64,000 nt of DNA, taken from Octopus sinensis. Taxonomy: Eukaryota. The stretch lies in assembly GCF_006345805.1 (NCBI RefSeq), contig NC_043013.1:34658001-34722000 (forward strand). The letters run 5' to 3'. This document shows, one piece after another, positions 53,018 to 64,000 of this stretch (positions within the stretch are counted from its first letter, which is position 1; each line of letters starts with the position of its first letter). The notes beneath the pieces are model-generated. The model was not told where the DNA came from. It did no database searches and saw nothing but the letters and a program-made list of their open reading frames with translations. Made by a program: the position numbers and the translations under genes.

Positions 53018-54997
53018 CAGTGTTTTCCAATCTCTTCTCCCGGTGCCCCACTTTTTAATAACAAATTTTCTGGTACCTCACTTTTTAATGACAAAAATTC
53101 TGGTGCTCACCTTTTTTTTTTTTTAATATAGATGGATATATGATACCTCAACTCATTTAGTGAGAACCCTATGGCACAGATCCTTGATTTGATGAGAGAC
53201 AATTTTGTTAACTTCAGTGTTAAATCACCATGCTTTGTAATTTCATGCCAGTTTCTCTTGGCTTCCTACAAATTGTCAACTGCACTGAATCCACATTCGA
53301 CCAAATAAGACGAAGGAAAATAAATCAATAGTTCTCTTGTTGATTTAGAGATGTTGAGGTATTTTCTTTCAACATAGCCACATATTTGTACCTTTCAGTT
53401 TAAACAATGTCTTCTCTGATTCATCATGTTGCAATTCTGATAATGCTTCTTGGTATTGAACTGCAGCATCAGAAACGTCAATCAGCAGTGGTTGAGTTAA
53501 CCATGTGGGAAAATTCATTGCCTGCAAATCACAAAATCCGTCATTGAAGTCCTTTATTAAAGTTATCCAAATGGTCAATGATTATGGTGGCTGCATTATT
53601 TGTCCTCTCACTTTTACTCAACCAGTATAACTGGCTGAAATTTCTTTTGGAAACATTTTTTTTGGCATATTTCGAGGCTGCAATGAATCCAAAAGTCTTT
53701 GCTTTCACATCAACAAGCATCATGTTTGTACCTTGGAGTTGCTTATTTAAGTTTCCAAGTTTCTCAAAGATGCCTGTCAAATAACTGACACACTTGATCA
53801 CAGCTTATAGAATCTCATTAAGAACAGGGGACAGTTTCTTGACAACCGAATTTTCTTGGTGTATGATACAATGGACAATCAACATGTTTGGATTTTCATC
53901 CTTCATCATTTTTAAGCATCCTGTTTTCTTGCCCATCATATCAGGTGCACCATCTGCCATGCAAGACAGTATGTTTTCTTTCGGCATTTTGTTTTCATCC
54001 AAATAATGTTTAAGCGTGCTCTGGATATCCTTTGCATTTATGGTTGTTTCCAATGATGCCTCATACTCAGTGTATCTCACATAAGTCAATAACACGGCCT
54101 CAGTGTACTGAAATGTGGTTTCATCCACTAATAATGAGAATTTTCGTGATTTTAATGTCTCAATAAGCTGGTTTTCAAAATCTTGCCCCATTTCATCAAA
54201 TCTGTTGTAGACAGTGTTATTACTGAGTGGTATGGCCCTGACATCTCTATTATCTTCTTCTTGTACAGTTTCTAAGAATATTGAGATAGCTGGTTTAATC
54301 AGTAGCTCTCTAGTTTGATCCTTTCCATGTTTTGCTATAAGCAAGGAGATTTCATAACTGGCTTTGGGGATGCTTACTTTACAGCAAATAGTGAAGTAAC
54401 TTTTGTTCAGTTTCCAAAATTTTCTTTCAGTGATTTGAAGTACTCCAAATCTGAATTAGAATTGTTGAGATGTCCTGTCTCCAAGTGTGCTTTAGCCTGC
54501 CTGCCTTCATTGATGCATTGCTCATTTTCTAATGATAATCGAAATCAAAATCGAGGACTGGCATCCATGCTAGTGGAGCGTTAAGAGCACCATCCAAGCG
54601 TGATCATTATCAGCGTCACCTTACTGGCACTTGTGCTGGTGGCACATGAAAAACATTCGAGCGAGGTTGTTGCCAGTGCCGCTGGACTGGCTCCTGTGCA
54701 GGTGACACGTAAAAAACACCATTTGAGTGTTGAAAGAGTGTGGCCGGTACCACTTGACTGGTCCTTGTGCCGGTGGCACATAAAAGCACCCACTACACTC
54801 TCGGAGTGGTTGGCATTAGGAAGGGCATCCAGCTGTAGAAATTCTGCCAGATCAAGATTGGAGCCTGGTGCAGCTATCTGGTTCACCAGTCCTCAGTCAA
54901 AATCGTCCAACCCATGTTAGCATAGAAAGCGGACATTAAACGATGATGATGATGATGATGACAATAAGCAGAACGGTTTATGCTTATCGTTCTCATC
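53018..54997 (-). pseudogene. Degenerate hAT transposase (Buster/Charlie/ZBED8-like) with one TIR
   Basis: Frameshifted ORFs with KPFCLL(C), PLSNNTV, FSLLVDETT, DGAPDM.GKK.G, HCIIHQE and FPSSYLVECGFS motifs; CAGTGTTTTCCAATC terminus at 53018. Confidence 0.9.
54540..54961 (+). mobile_element. RTE-tailed SINE inserted into the hAT transposase
   Basis: Interrupts the transposase N-terminus; ends (GAT)n. Confidence 0.8.
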
Positions 54998-55919
54998 ACT
55001 AATGGACATTCTCCAGTCTTCTCCCTGAAAGCATGTTGTCTCCTCTCTCTAATTTTTCTATTACTTCTATAATATAGTCTTTGGTCCTCAGATCTATCTG
55101 TCCTCAGATCTATCTGTCCTCATATTGCCACTACCATTTAGACATCCTTGAGCCATTTGTCTCTCCATTTCGCACTCATCCTGGTTGCCTCTCCTCCCAT
55201 TATTCTCACATTAACCACCAATATTTCTAGTCCTTCTACCCCAGGATATCAACCCACTGGAATCTTCTCTCTGTTCATGTCTTTCCTGCAGGTATCAATC
55301 AGCATCTTTCAAACAGAACATTAACAGCATCAAGTTCATCTCTCTTGGAGAGCCTGGGTATGGGGGTATAGCCCCATTTTCCTGACCAAACAAGTGAAAA
55401 AAAAAACATTGAAAATAATAAAAAAAAAAGTATCTTAGTTAATTTGGGGCTGTTTCTGCTAAATTATTATTTATAACCATTGTAGATAAACACTGTGATG
55501 TGTTGGGACTATTAAAATCATTGATATATTAACTCACTCTGTTTCAATTTTAACTTGTAGATCAGCCTTTTAAAGAAGAAAATGTGTTTGATTTGGTAGA
55601 TTTGACAACTAGATTACTAAGTTGGTTGACCAGAACAAATATAAAATTCTCCAGAAATATCACTCAATCAAGACTAATGACATTCTAAAAATAACTTGAA
55701 ATTTACAGTACTCACCTCTCAACTCTCAGAACACATATGTCTTATTTCATAAAATTTTATCTGTTCTTTTTTTCATTGTTTTTTTCTTTTTCTTCTTTGC
55801 TGACACACATTACAAGTAATTTCCACAAAAAAACTAGTTTTCTTCTTAACCTTAACTACATTGACTTAACACAAAACAACATTTATGTATCGCTGTATCC
55901 GGATAGTATCGTTCTCCTC

Positions 55920-56158
55920 GGCAGTGAACTGGCAGAACTGTTGGCATGCCAGGCAAAATACTTAGCGGTATTTCGTCTGTCGTTACGTTCTGAGTTCAAA
56001 TTCCGCCGAGGTCGACTTTGCCTTTCATCCTTTCGGGGTCAATAAATTAAGTACTAGTTACACACTGGGGTCGATGTAATCAACTTGATCCCTTTGTTTG
56101 TCCTTGTTTGTCTCCTCTATGTTTAGCTCCTTGTGGGCAATAAAGAATAAAGAAATAA
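55920..56158 (+). mobile_element. SINE family B (CpG-rich, relatively young)
   Basis: Matches 7108-7322. Confidence 0.85.
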
Positions 56159-57659
56159 GTATCATTCTCTATTACCAATCATTAAACATTCTATACTTAC
56201 TATCCTAAGATGGGGCTGTGTGGCTAAGAAGTTTGTTTCCCAACTACATGATCTTGGGTTCAACCCCACCGCATGACACCTTGGGCAAGTGCCTTTTACT
56301 TTTGCCTCAGCCTGTCCAAAGCCTTGTTAGTGAATCTGGAAGACAGAAACTAAAAAGAAAGCAATTAGATACACCCAACTAACCAATACTAGCTTGGAAA
56401 AATGGATAGAGAAACAAATTTGGCATGTTTTATCTTTTACTTGTTTCTGTCATGAGACAGTTACCATATCTTGTTATTGGATTTAATGCATGGAGGAGCA
56501 TGGCTTAGTGGTTAGGGTGTTGGACTCATGACTATAAGATTGTGGTTTCGATCCCTGGACTGGGTGATACATTGAGTTCTTGAGCAAAACACTTTATTTT
56601 ACCAGTTCACTCAGCTGTAGAAATAAGTTTAGCCTGGAGAGAGTGGGCTCCACCAGGCTTTCTCATCCTTGATACGCTGCATGGCTGCAGTACCCCAATG
56701 ACCCCCAAGTAGTTAAGGGAATTGTCAATTGTCACATGGAAACTAAAAGAAGCCTATTGTATATGTGTATATAAATATATGTGGGTGTGCGAATGGGTGA
56801 CAATGTTGAAATTTCACTTGTCACCGTTTGAGTGGGACTGCTTAATTGCTTATAGACATTAAAACTAATCACTCTACACTTTTGAGGGACTGTGGAATAA
56901 AAATCCCCAACTGTAAAAAACAAGTGAGGGCTGATTACAGGAAGAATATCCAGCTATGAAAATCCTTCCTAAAACTACAACAAAAATCAATACCCATTCA
57001 AGACATGCTAGCAGGGAAAAACAGACAATAAATACATCAATGTAAAAATTAATTGATCGATATGTGATAACAGATGTTACACCATACATGCAATAATATC
57101 CAATAGCAAGGCAACACATCCTGCTCTTTTATGATTAAGACACCAGCTGAGCTCTAGTATGAGAATGAACCAGAATAATCTGGTAGTATATGTTCTACAC
57201 CTAACATAGTATATGACCAGGTTTCATTGAGGGCAGTGTTCTGCAGATTGAAAAGTGGGTAAACAAGCTGCCACATTTATTAAAATCATTAATTAAAATT
57301 AAGAGGCTTCTGAAGTTTTAAAGTTGTTCAACACCATCATGAATAATGAAAACTTACAAGGACAAAATATTTGACTTTTAATTAGGCATGGTTGTATGGT
57401 AAGAATATAATCTTTTCAACTCTAGGAACAACACCCGAAATTTTGAGGGATAGGGCCAGTCGATTAGATTGACCCCAGTATGCAACCGGTAATTATTTTA
57501 TCGACCCCCAAAAGGATGAAAGGCAAATTTGACCTCAGCAGAATTTGAACTCAGAAAGTAAAGACAGACAGAATACCACTAAGCATTTTGCCCTATGTGC
57601 TAATGTTTGTGCCAGTTTGACACCTTTGTATGGTAAGAATATAGGTGTAGGTATGTTTG

Positions 57660-58340
57660 CATGGTAAGATGCTTGCTTCTCAACCACATGGTTCTAGGTT
57701 CAGTCCCACTGCATGGCTCCTGCATAGGCAAGTGTCTTCTATTACAACCTCAGGCCGACCAAAGCCTTGTGAGTGGATTTGGATTTATATTTATATTCTT
57801 TTATTCTTTTACTTGTTTCAGTCATTTGACTGCAGCCATACTGGAGCACTGCATTTAGTCAAGGAAACTGACCCCAGGACTTATTCTTTGTAAGCTTAGT
57901 ATATATTTTATTGGTCTCTTTTTGCCAAACCACTTAGTTACTGGATGTAGACTCACCAACATTGTTTGTCAAGCATTGGTGGAGGGACAAACAAGGACTC
58001 ACAAACATATACATATATAAACATATATATAACGGGCTACTTTCAGTTTCCGTCTACCAAATCCACTTACAAGGCTTTGGTTGACCTAAGGCTATAGCAG
58101 AAAACACTTGCCCAGCTGCCACACAATGGGAATGAACCCGGAACCATGTGGTTGGGAAGCAAGCTTCTTACCACACAACTATGGTGTTGATGTGTTTATA
58201 TCCCCATAACTTATAACTTAGCATTTCAGCGAAAGAGACCAACAGAACAAGTACCAGGCCTTAAGAAAAAGAGAAAAAAGTACTAGGGTCAATTCATTCA
58301 TTCAACTAGAAATTCAAGGTTTTGCCCCAGCGTGGCCACA
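57660..58340. mobile_element. Family A SINE (+) interrupted by an antisense copy of the same family (57800-58178)
   Basis: Head 57660-57782(+), full (-) copy, then tail 58182-58340(+). Confidence 0.75.
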
Positions 58341-58470
58341 GCTGGACTGCTTTTTGACCAAAGATTAATTCGCAAAGGCTGACATAAGTCTCAACAATTT
58401 AATGAGTTAAACTTTGGTATCCTAACTATACCTCACATACACACATATACAACAAGAAATAATTTTTGTC

Positions 58471-58508
<38 letters not shown>

Positions 58509-59010
58509 TCAGATTCACAATTATTCCAAGCACATCTTCAGGTTCTATTTCAAAATATTATATATCTAATTTTACATCCCTTTAAAAATAAGCAATACAA
58601 TTAAGCATTAAACATTAAAAATTAAGAATAAAAATTTTACTTTGTAATATTAAAAATTAAAATTTATAAATTGTACATCATAAATATGAATTAGTATATA
58701 TATATCAATCATGTAAAATCAAGTATATGTCAAATACAGAATGTGAGATATAAAATTAAACATCAGAATTAAAATGTTTGTGTTTAAATGTGATATATAA
58801 CAAGAAAAATTCAAATACATATCTTCCTTTTTTTGCTGGTGCTAAAATGGTGATTAGAGGAAAAAGATAGCAGAGAACTATAGGTATTTATAGGTGATTA
58901 GTACCAAGTGGGGTAATTACACTATACATAGTTTTAATTTTAAATTATTCTCTATTATTATTTTCAAATTTACCTATATTGGGAGGTATATATATTTTGT
59001 TATTATATAA

Positions 59011-59494
59011 TTTTAGTAACATTTAATTCATATATTTATTTTATTTAAATTATCACTTTTTTTAATTTCTTTATTTGTATATTCTATTCAAGTGCTTTAG
59101 AAATAAAATTATGTTGCTATTTTATTCAGGGGTTGGGGGTTCAGCACTTCATTTTACTAAATGTAAAATTACATTGGTGCCTACATTTAACTCTTCGTTC
59201 ATCATGTGTGTTTAATAATTCATCTCTAGACTGTAGTAGCTTCATAAATTCAGTTATGCATAATAAACATATTTCATTCCCAATATTACAGTAGTCGGCT
59301 CTACCTATAATACTCCAATTAAGGGTGTACTCTCTTTAAAGTAATTTTACATTTAGTAAAATGAAGTACTGAACCCCCAACCCCTGATTCAAATAACCAC
59401 ATAATTTTATTTCTAAAGCAGTTGAATAGAATATATAAATAAAAAAATGCAATAATTTAAATAAAATAAATATAGGAATTAAATATTACTAAAA
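59011..59494. repeat. Inverted repeat with ~160-bp arms (59011-59172 / 59341-59494) and ~170-bp spacer
   Basis: For example TCAGGGGTTGGGGGTTCAG.ACTTCATTTTACTAAATGTAAAATTAC versus its reverse complement at 59341. Confidence 0.9.
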
Positions 59495-60248
59495 TATCTG
59501 TTTATATGTATGTGTATTCAAATATACTGATGCACACCTGCAAACAGGTGGGTACATGTGCATCTCCATGCATACGTGTATGTGTCTCTATGGCCCTCTA
59601 TCTGTGCATGTGTGAGTGTGTGTATGGAGGTGTACTTTAGAGTATCAATAATTGGCAAAAGATCAATTATTGGACAACAGCAGTAAATTGCAAAGCACAG
59701 TAAAAACCTGATTAATCCATAATGAAATAAAAAGAATTAAAAACTGCCAGGTGTGTGTGTGTGTAGACATAGAGTTGGTGATGATAATGGTGATGATGAT
59801 CATGATCATCATCATCATCATGATGATCACAATCATGATGGTGATTGATAATGACGGTAATGATGATGATGATAGTGTTTTAAAAGGTAGGATGGCTTTA
59901 GGTGTCGAAGTGGTGGAGGAGCTTATATAGGAGAAAGGAAGTTTACAAGTATGTGTGTGGAGGGTTGAGTGGGGTGTGTGTGTGGTTGTTCATCAAGTAA
60001 ATGATTCATTAAGTTATGTAATGCAAAAACAATATTAATAACCCTGTCTATGCTGTTTCCAATGGAAACTTGCCATGAAGGAGATGTGGGCTGTTATAGC
60101 ATGAACCTGAATATGTTATGCTGTGCATATGATTGTGTACCTATATCTTTGCTCTATGTGTGTGCATGTATGTGTGTGTATGTATGTACTAATGTGTGTT
60201 TAGATAGCTAGCTAGCTTGGTCAATAGATGGTTGGATAGACGGATGGT

Positions 60249-60249
<1 letters not shown>

Positions 60250-60340
<91 letters not shown>

Positions 60341-60545
60341 CGGATAGATAGACATACAGACGGATACATGGATGGATGGATAGATGGATTGATAAACAGA
60401 CAGACAGGTATATAGATAGATGGATGGACAGATGGATGGACAGACAGATAGATAGATAAGTAGATAGATAGATAGATAAATAGATAGTAGGTAGGTAGGT
60501 AGGTAGTAGGTAGGTAGGTAGGTAGGTAGGTTGACTGATAGATAC
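60250..60545. repeat. (GATA)n/(GATG)n/(GGTA)n tract
   Basis: Directly visible. Confidence 0.95.
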
Positions 60546-60954
60546 ACATATACACATATGGAAGAGGGTATGCATTTCAGTGTCTGCATAAGAGTCATGG
60601 TCTGGTGTGTGTGTGTGTGTGTGTGTGTGAGTGTGTGTGTAAGCATGTGTGTATGCATGAGATGCTGCATGGGTGTGTAAGCATGAGCAAATATAGAAGC
60701 ATTAGTACCTTTGTTTATAGGTCACCAGAAACCGATATACAGAGGTGGGAGGGTATGAAGATCCATATCCTTTGCATTATATGATACAAGTATACAGGGT
60801 GCATAAGGTATTTGGGGACAGATTTATAAAAAACAGATACATAATAACAGACAATAATTATTTATCAAAAATATGCTATGAGGATTAAAATAAACCTTAC
60901 AGTATTTACATTATTTACATTTGACAGATATTTGTCCTCATCTTGTTTGTTGTT

Positions 60955-61000
60955 AACACAACATTTCAGCTCATATACCCTCCAGCCTTCATCAGGTGTC
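60955..61000 (-). ncRNA. Hammerhead family 1, left arm (decayed)
   Basis: Minus strand: GACAC-CTGATGA-a-GGCT..AGCT-GAAA-T-GTT-GTGTT. Confidence 0.65.
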
Positions 61001-61049
61001 TTGGGGAAATTTAGAACTTAGGTTCTCATTCCTAAGGTATTTCTTAATG

Positions 61050-61080
<31 letters not shown>

Positions 61081-61252
61081 CATTATTATTATTATTATTA
61101 TTATTCAGGTCACTGCCTAGAATGGAACTTGGAATCTTGGGGTTAGTAGCCTGCTCTCTTAACCACTACGCCATATGACCATGGTGTAGTGGTTAAGACC
61201 GTGGGCTACTAACCCAAGATTTTCAGTTCAATTTCAGGCAGTGACCTGAATA

Positions 61253-61285
<33 letters not shown>

Positions 61286-61294
61286 ATAACAATA

Positions 61295-61356
<62 letters not shown>

Positions 61357-61403
61357 TCGAAAAATACTTTAGGAATGAGAACCCAGGTTTGAAATTTCCC
61401 CCA

Positions 61404-61450
61404 AGGCACCTGATGAAGGCTGGAGGGTATATCAGCCGAAAAGTTGTGTT
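61404..61450 (+). ncRNA. Hammerhead family 1, right arm
   Basis: GGCAC-CTGATGA-a-GGCTG..CAGCC-GAAA-A-GTT-GTGTT (C15.2 mutated to A). Confidence 0.7.
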
Positions 61451-62429
61451 AACAACAAACAAGATGAGGACAAATATCCGTCAAATGTAAATAATGTAAA
61501 TAATGTACATAATTCTTCATCTCTCAAATACAGAACTGTAAAATAAACCTTCTTTTCTATAATGTTATTCAATAAAGCCATCTTCATCTTCAACATCTGC
61601 TTGTATATGAGATCTAAATCATCTACAAGCTCAAATCAAATGGTCCTGATACATTTTGAACATTATTCTGACTATGGCATCTTTCAAAGAATCTTTGGTT
61701 TTATGGGCATGTTCACTGACTTCTCTCTCAACAATGCTCCACATGTAATAATCCAATGGATTGATATGTGGGGAATCAGGAGGCCAAACGGCATTGGTTA
61801 TACAATCATGAAAATTTTCAGCCATCCATTTCTGTATTACTAGAGCCATGTGTGATAGCGCAGAGTCTTACTGAAACAAATATGGCCTTCCATTGCATAC
61901 ACTGTCTATCCAGAGCTTAACAATTATTTCCAGGACCTCAATGTAGGTGGCAGAGTTAACTGTAAGGCGTTGTAGAATGAAGTAAGGAGGCATAACATGT
62001 CCTTCATTACTGACAACCATTAAAACCATGACAGTTGCAGGAAATTTTGTATGCATAACGTTTGGAACTTCGTAAGGGTCTGCACATAGCCATCTATCAT
62101 TTCTTCTGTTAACTTTTTGATCTTGGTTGAAGTTTTTCTCATTTAGCAAAAACCTAATAAAATCTTCTTCTGCAGGATTTTTCAGTTTGTTTAAGAGCTT
62201 ATTAGATCTGATGTAGTGATTTTCTTGTGTGTATCTATCTCTTTTTATATCCATCCATCCATTGATCCAGCTATCCATCTATCTATCTATCTGTCTGTCT
62301 GTCTCTCTGTCTGTCTGTCCATCTAGCTATCCATCTATCTACCAATCTATCTATCCATCTATCCATCAATCTATCCATCTATACATCTACCTGTCTATCT
62401 ATCTGTCTATCCGGCTGTCTGTCTATCTA

Positions 62430-62462
<33 letters not shown>

Positions 62463-62539
62463 GTATCTATCTATCTATATATCTATCTATCTATCTATCT
62501 ATCTATGTATCTATCTGTCTGTCTGTCTATGTGTGTATA

Positions 62540-62574
<35 letters not shown>

Positions 62575-62675
62575 GCAAATGCATATATACCTACGTATCA
62601 CATTTCTGTTTTATTTTAATTAAATTTTGTCTTTATGCAGCTATATGTATGTATAGTTGCATAGAATATATATAT

Positions 62676-62717
<42 letters not shown>

Positions 62718-62895
62718 TGTATGTGTATATATGTGTGTGTGTGTGTGTACTTGAGTGTGTACATATGTGTATATATTTATGTGTGTGTGTGTGTATATGT
62801 ATGTGTGTGTGTGTGTGTGTGCTTGAGTGTGTGTACATGTATATATGTATGCACGTACAGAAACAGATTCAAGGTTGCCGTCACATGATCTACCA

Positions 62896-62937
62896 AGCCA
62901 TGCCCTAATAAACACAGCTGTTTATCAGGGCATGGCT
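62896..62937 (-). other. 19-bp hairpin with 4-nt loop
   Basis: Minus-strand AGCCATGCCCTGATAAACA-GCTG-TGTTTATTAGGGCATGGCT pairs fully with one G-U. Confidence 0.7.
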
Positions 62938-63480
62938 GTTACCAAGTTTATCAACTGTGAAGTCCAAGTCAAAGTGTGTGGTGACATATGTAACAAGGTT
63001 CAATACGCCAGTATTTTAGTGTTTCTGTGTTGCTTTCACTGTTATGGTTGTGCTTATTGGTGTTTAGACACAATGGTATTGTTAATTGTTTTTATGTGGT
63101 GTAGTGAAATTTTTTTGTTGGAGATAGGGTTGTTGCTGGTTGTTGGTTGTAGCAGCAGTAATTCTGATGACATAGTAGTAACGAGGTCAGCATAGTTGAA
63201 ACTAATTAAATATTGTTAATTACTGCCAGTCATAAAATAGTGGTGAGAAAAATATTAAAATATGGCAAGCACTTTTCTGAAATATTGTATTTGGTTGCTT
63301 TTATTTTCCTCATCTAGATACATATACTTGCGTACATCTATGTGTGTGTGTACATGTAATTATATATATATATATATATTATATATATATATATATATAA
63401 TATATATATATATATGTATATATATATATGCACACATAAATATACACATATATATGCATATATACATGTACATATATATA

Positions 63481-64000
63481 TAATAGAAATATTAAAATAA
63501 CTAAGTCTCTCTAAAAGAGAACAGCGGCAGCGTTCCCGGAAAATAATAGTTATCGCCATACTAATATGGCATTCTTATAAAAATAAGAAAAAAGCTGTCC
63601 GCTTATTAGCTCCATGAGGCCATCGCCTTAAGTTAGCTATTTGATACACAAACTGTATCCATATAACCTTCGAACAAGGGAGGTCAGTCGCTCCACACTA
63701 CTTGACCGGCAGCTACAGACGCGTTTCGGGGTATTGCCCCTTTTCAATGCAGCGTAGCCAGCCAGTAGGTGTCGCTTCCGACAATCTCTGTTCGATGGTT
63801 TTATTTACCTAGTATGGCGATAACTATTATTTTCCGGGAATGCTGCCGCTGTTCTCTTTTAGAGAGACTTAGTTATTTTAATATTTCTATTATTGAAAAC
63901 AAGTGGATGTATTCCACTGAAACTAGGTAAATAAAACCATCGAACAGAGATTGTCGGAAGCGACACCTACTGGCTGGCTACGCTGCATTGAAAAGGGGCA
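63481..64000. mobile_element. Young Penelope-like terminal structure with interlocked inverted repeats (continues beyond the window)
   Basis: 63481-63563 is the reverse complement of 63810-63892; 63735-63813 is the reverse complement of 63922-64000; arms near-identical, CpG-rich, abutting (TA)n, containing a hammerhead. Confidence 0.8.
63713..63752 (-). ncRNA. Intact minimal hammerhead with U3:A8 core, family 7
   Basis: Minus strand: CTGCA-TTGAAAA-GGGG(caata)CCCC-GAAA-C-GC-GTC-TGTAG; a second copy begins on + at 63983 and is cut by the window edge. Confidence 0.85.

Larger units (their letters stand above)
60898..61540. mobile_element. Palindromic insertion: two head-to-head [tRNA-like head + (AAT)n + hammerhead] units
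   Basis: Arms 60898-61174 and 61181-61540, 6-nt spacer, termini TACAGT/ACTGTA, TSD AAATAAACCT (extendable to 13 bp). Confidence 0.9.
60793..62225 (-). pseudogene. Tc1/mariner DD37D (maT) transposase relic
   Basis: FLLNEKNF (degenerate DEK), YLFQ*DSA..H, WPPDSPHINPLDY with 37 residues between the 2nd and 3rd Asp; terminus TA|CAGGGTG at 60793. Confidence 0.9.

Noticed and set aside
61105-61250. Pair of bona fide tRNA genes
   Set aside because: Degenerate B boxes, no full cloverleaf or acceptor stem; treated as tRNA-derived heads of the mobile element.

Overview
AT-rich animal genomic DNA, dense in microsatellites and repeats, and very probably from a coleoid cephalopod (Octopus-like). That assignment is inferred from the tRNA-derived SINE families and the (TA)n/(CA)n/(ATC)n/(AAT)n density, not from a database match. 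I cannot identify an intact host protein-coding gene. Almost every ORF in the track is a microsatellite or SINE read-through, and only a few low-confidence exon candidates remain. Recognisable mobile relics are several SINE families, RTE, CR1-like and R4/Dong LINE 3' ends, hAT (Buster/Charlie-like), DD37D maT and mariner transposase pseudogenes, a Helitron, and a MITE carrying TTAGGG repeats. The main signal is about a dozen minimal type-I hammerhead ribozyme (HHR) motifs from at least six unrelated sequence families. They are of the Penelope-like (PLE) kind with a palindromic stem III, two families carry a compensatory U3:A8 core, and most sit in or beside (TA)n arrays or inverted repeats. 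The most unusual element is a ~640-bp palindromic insertion flanked by a target-site duplication (60898-61540). It is built from two head-to-head units, each consisting of a tRNA-like Pol III head, an (AAT)n tract and a hammerhead. Coordinates of interspersed repeats are approximate and were read by eye.
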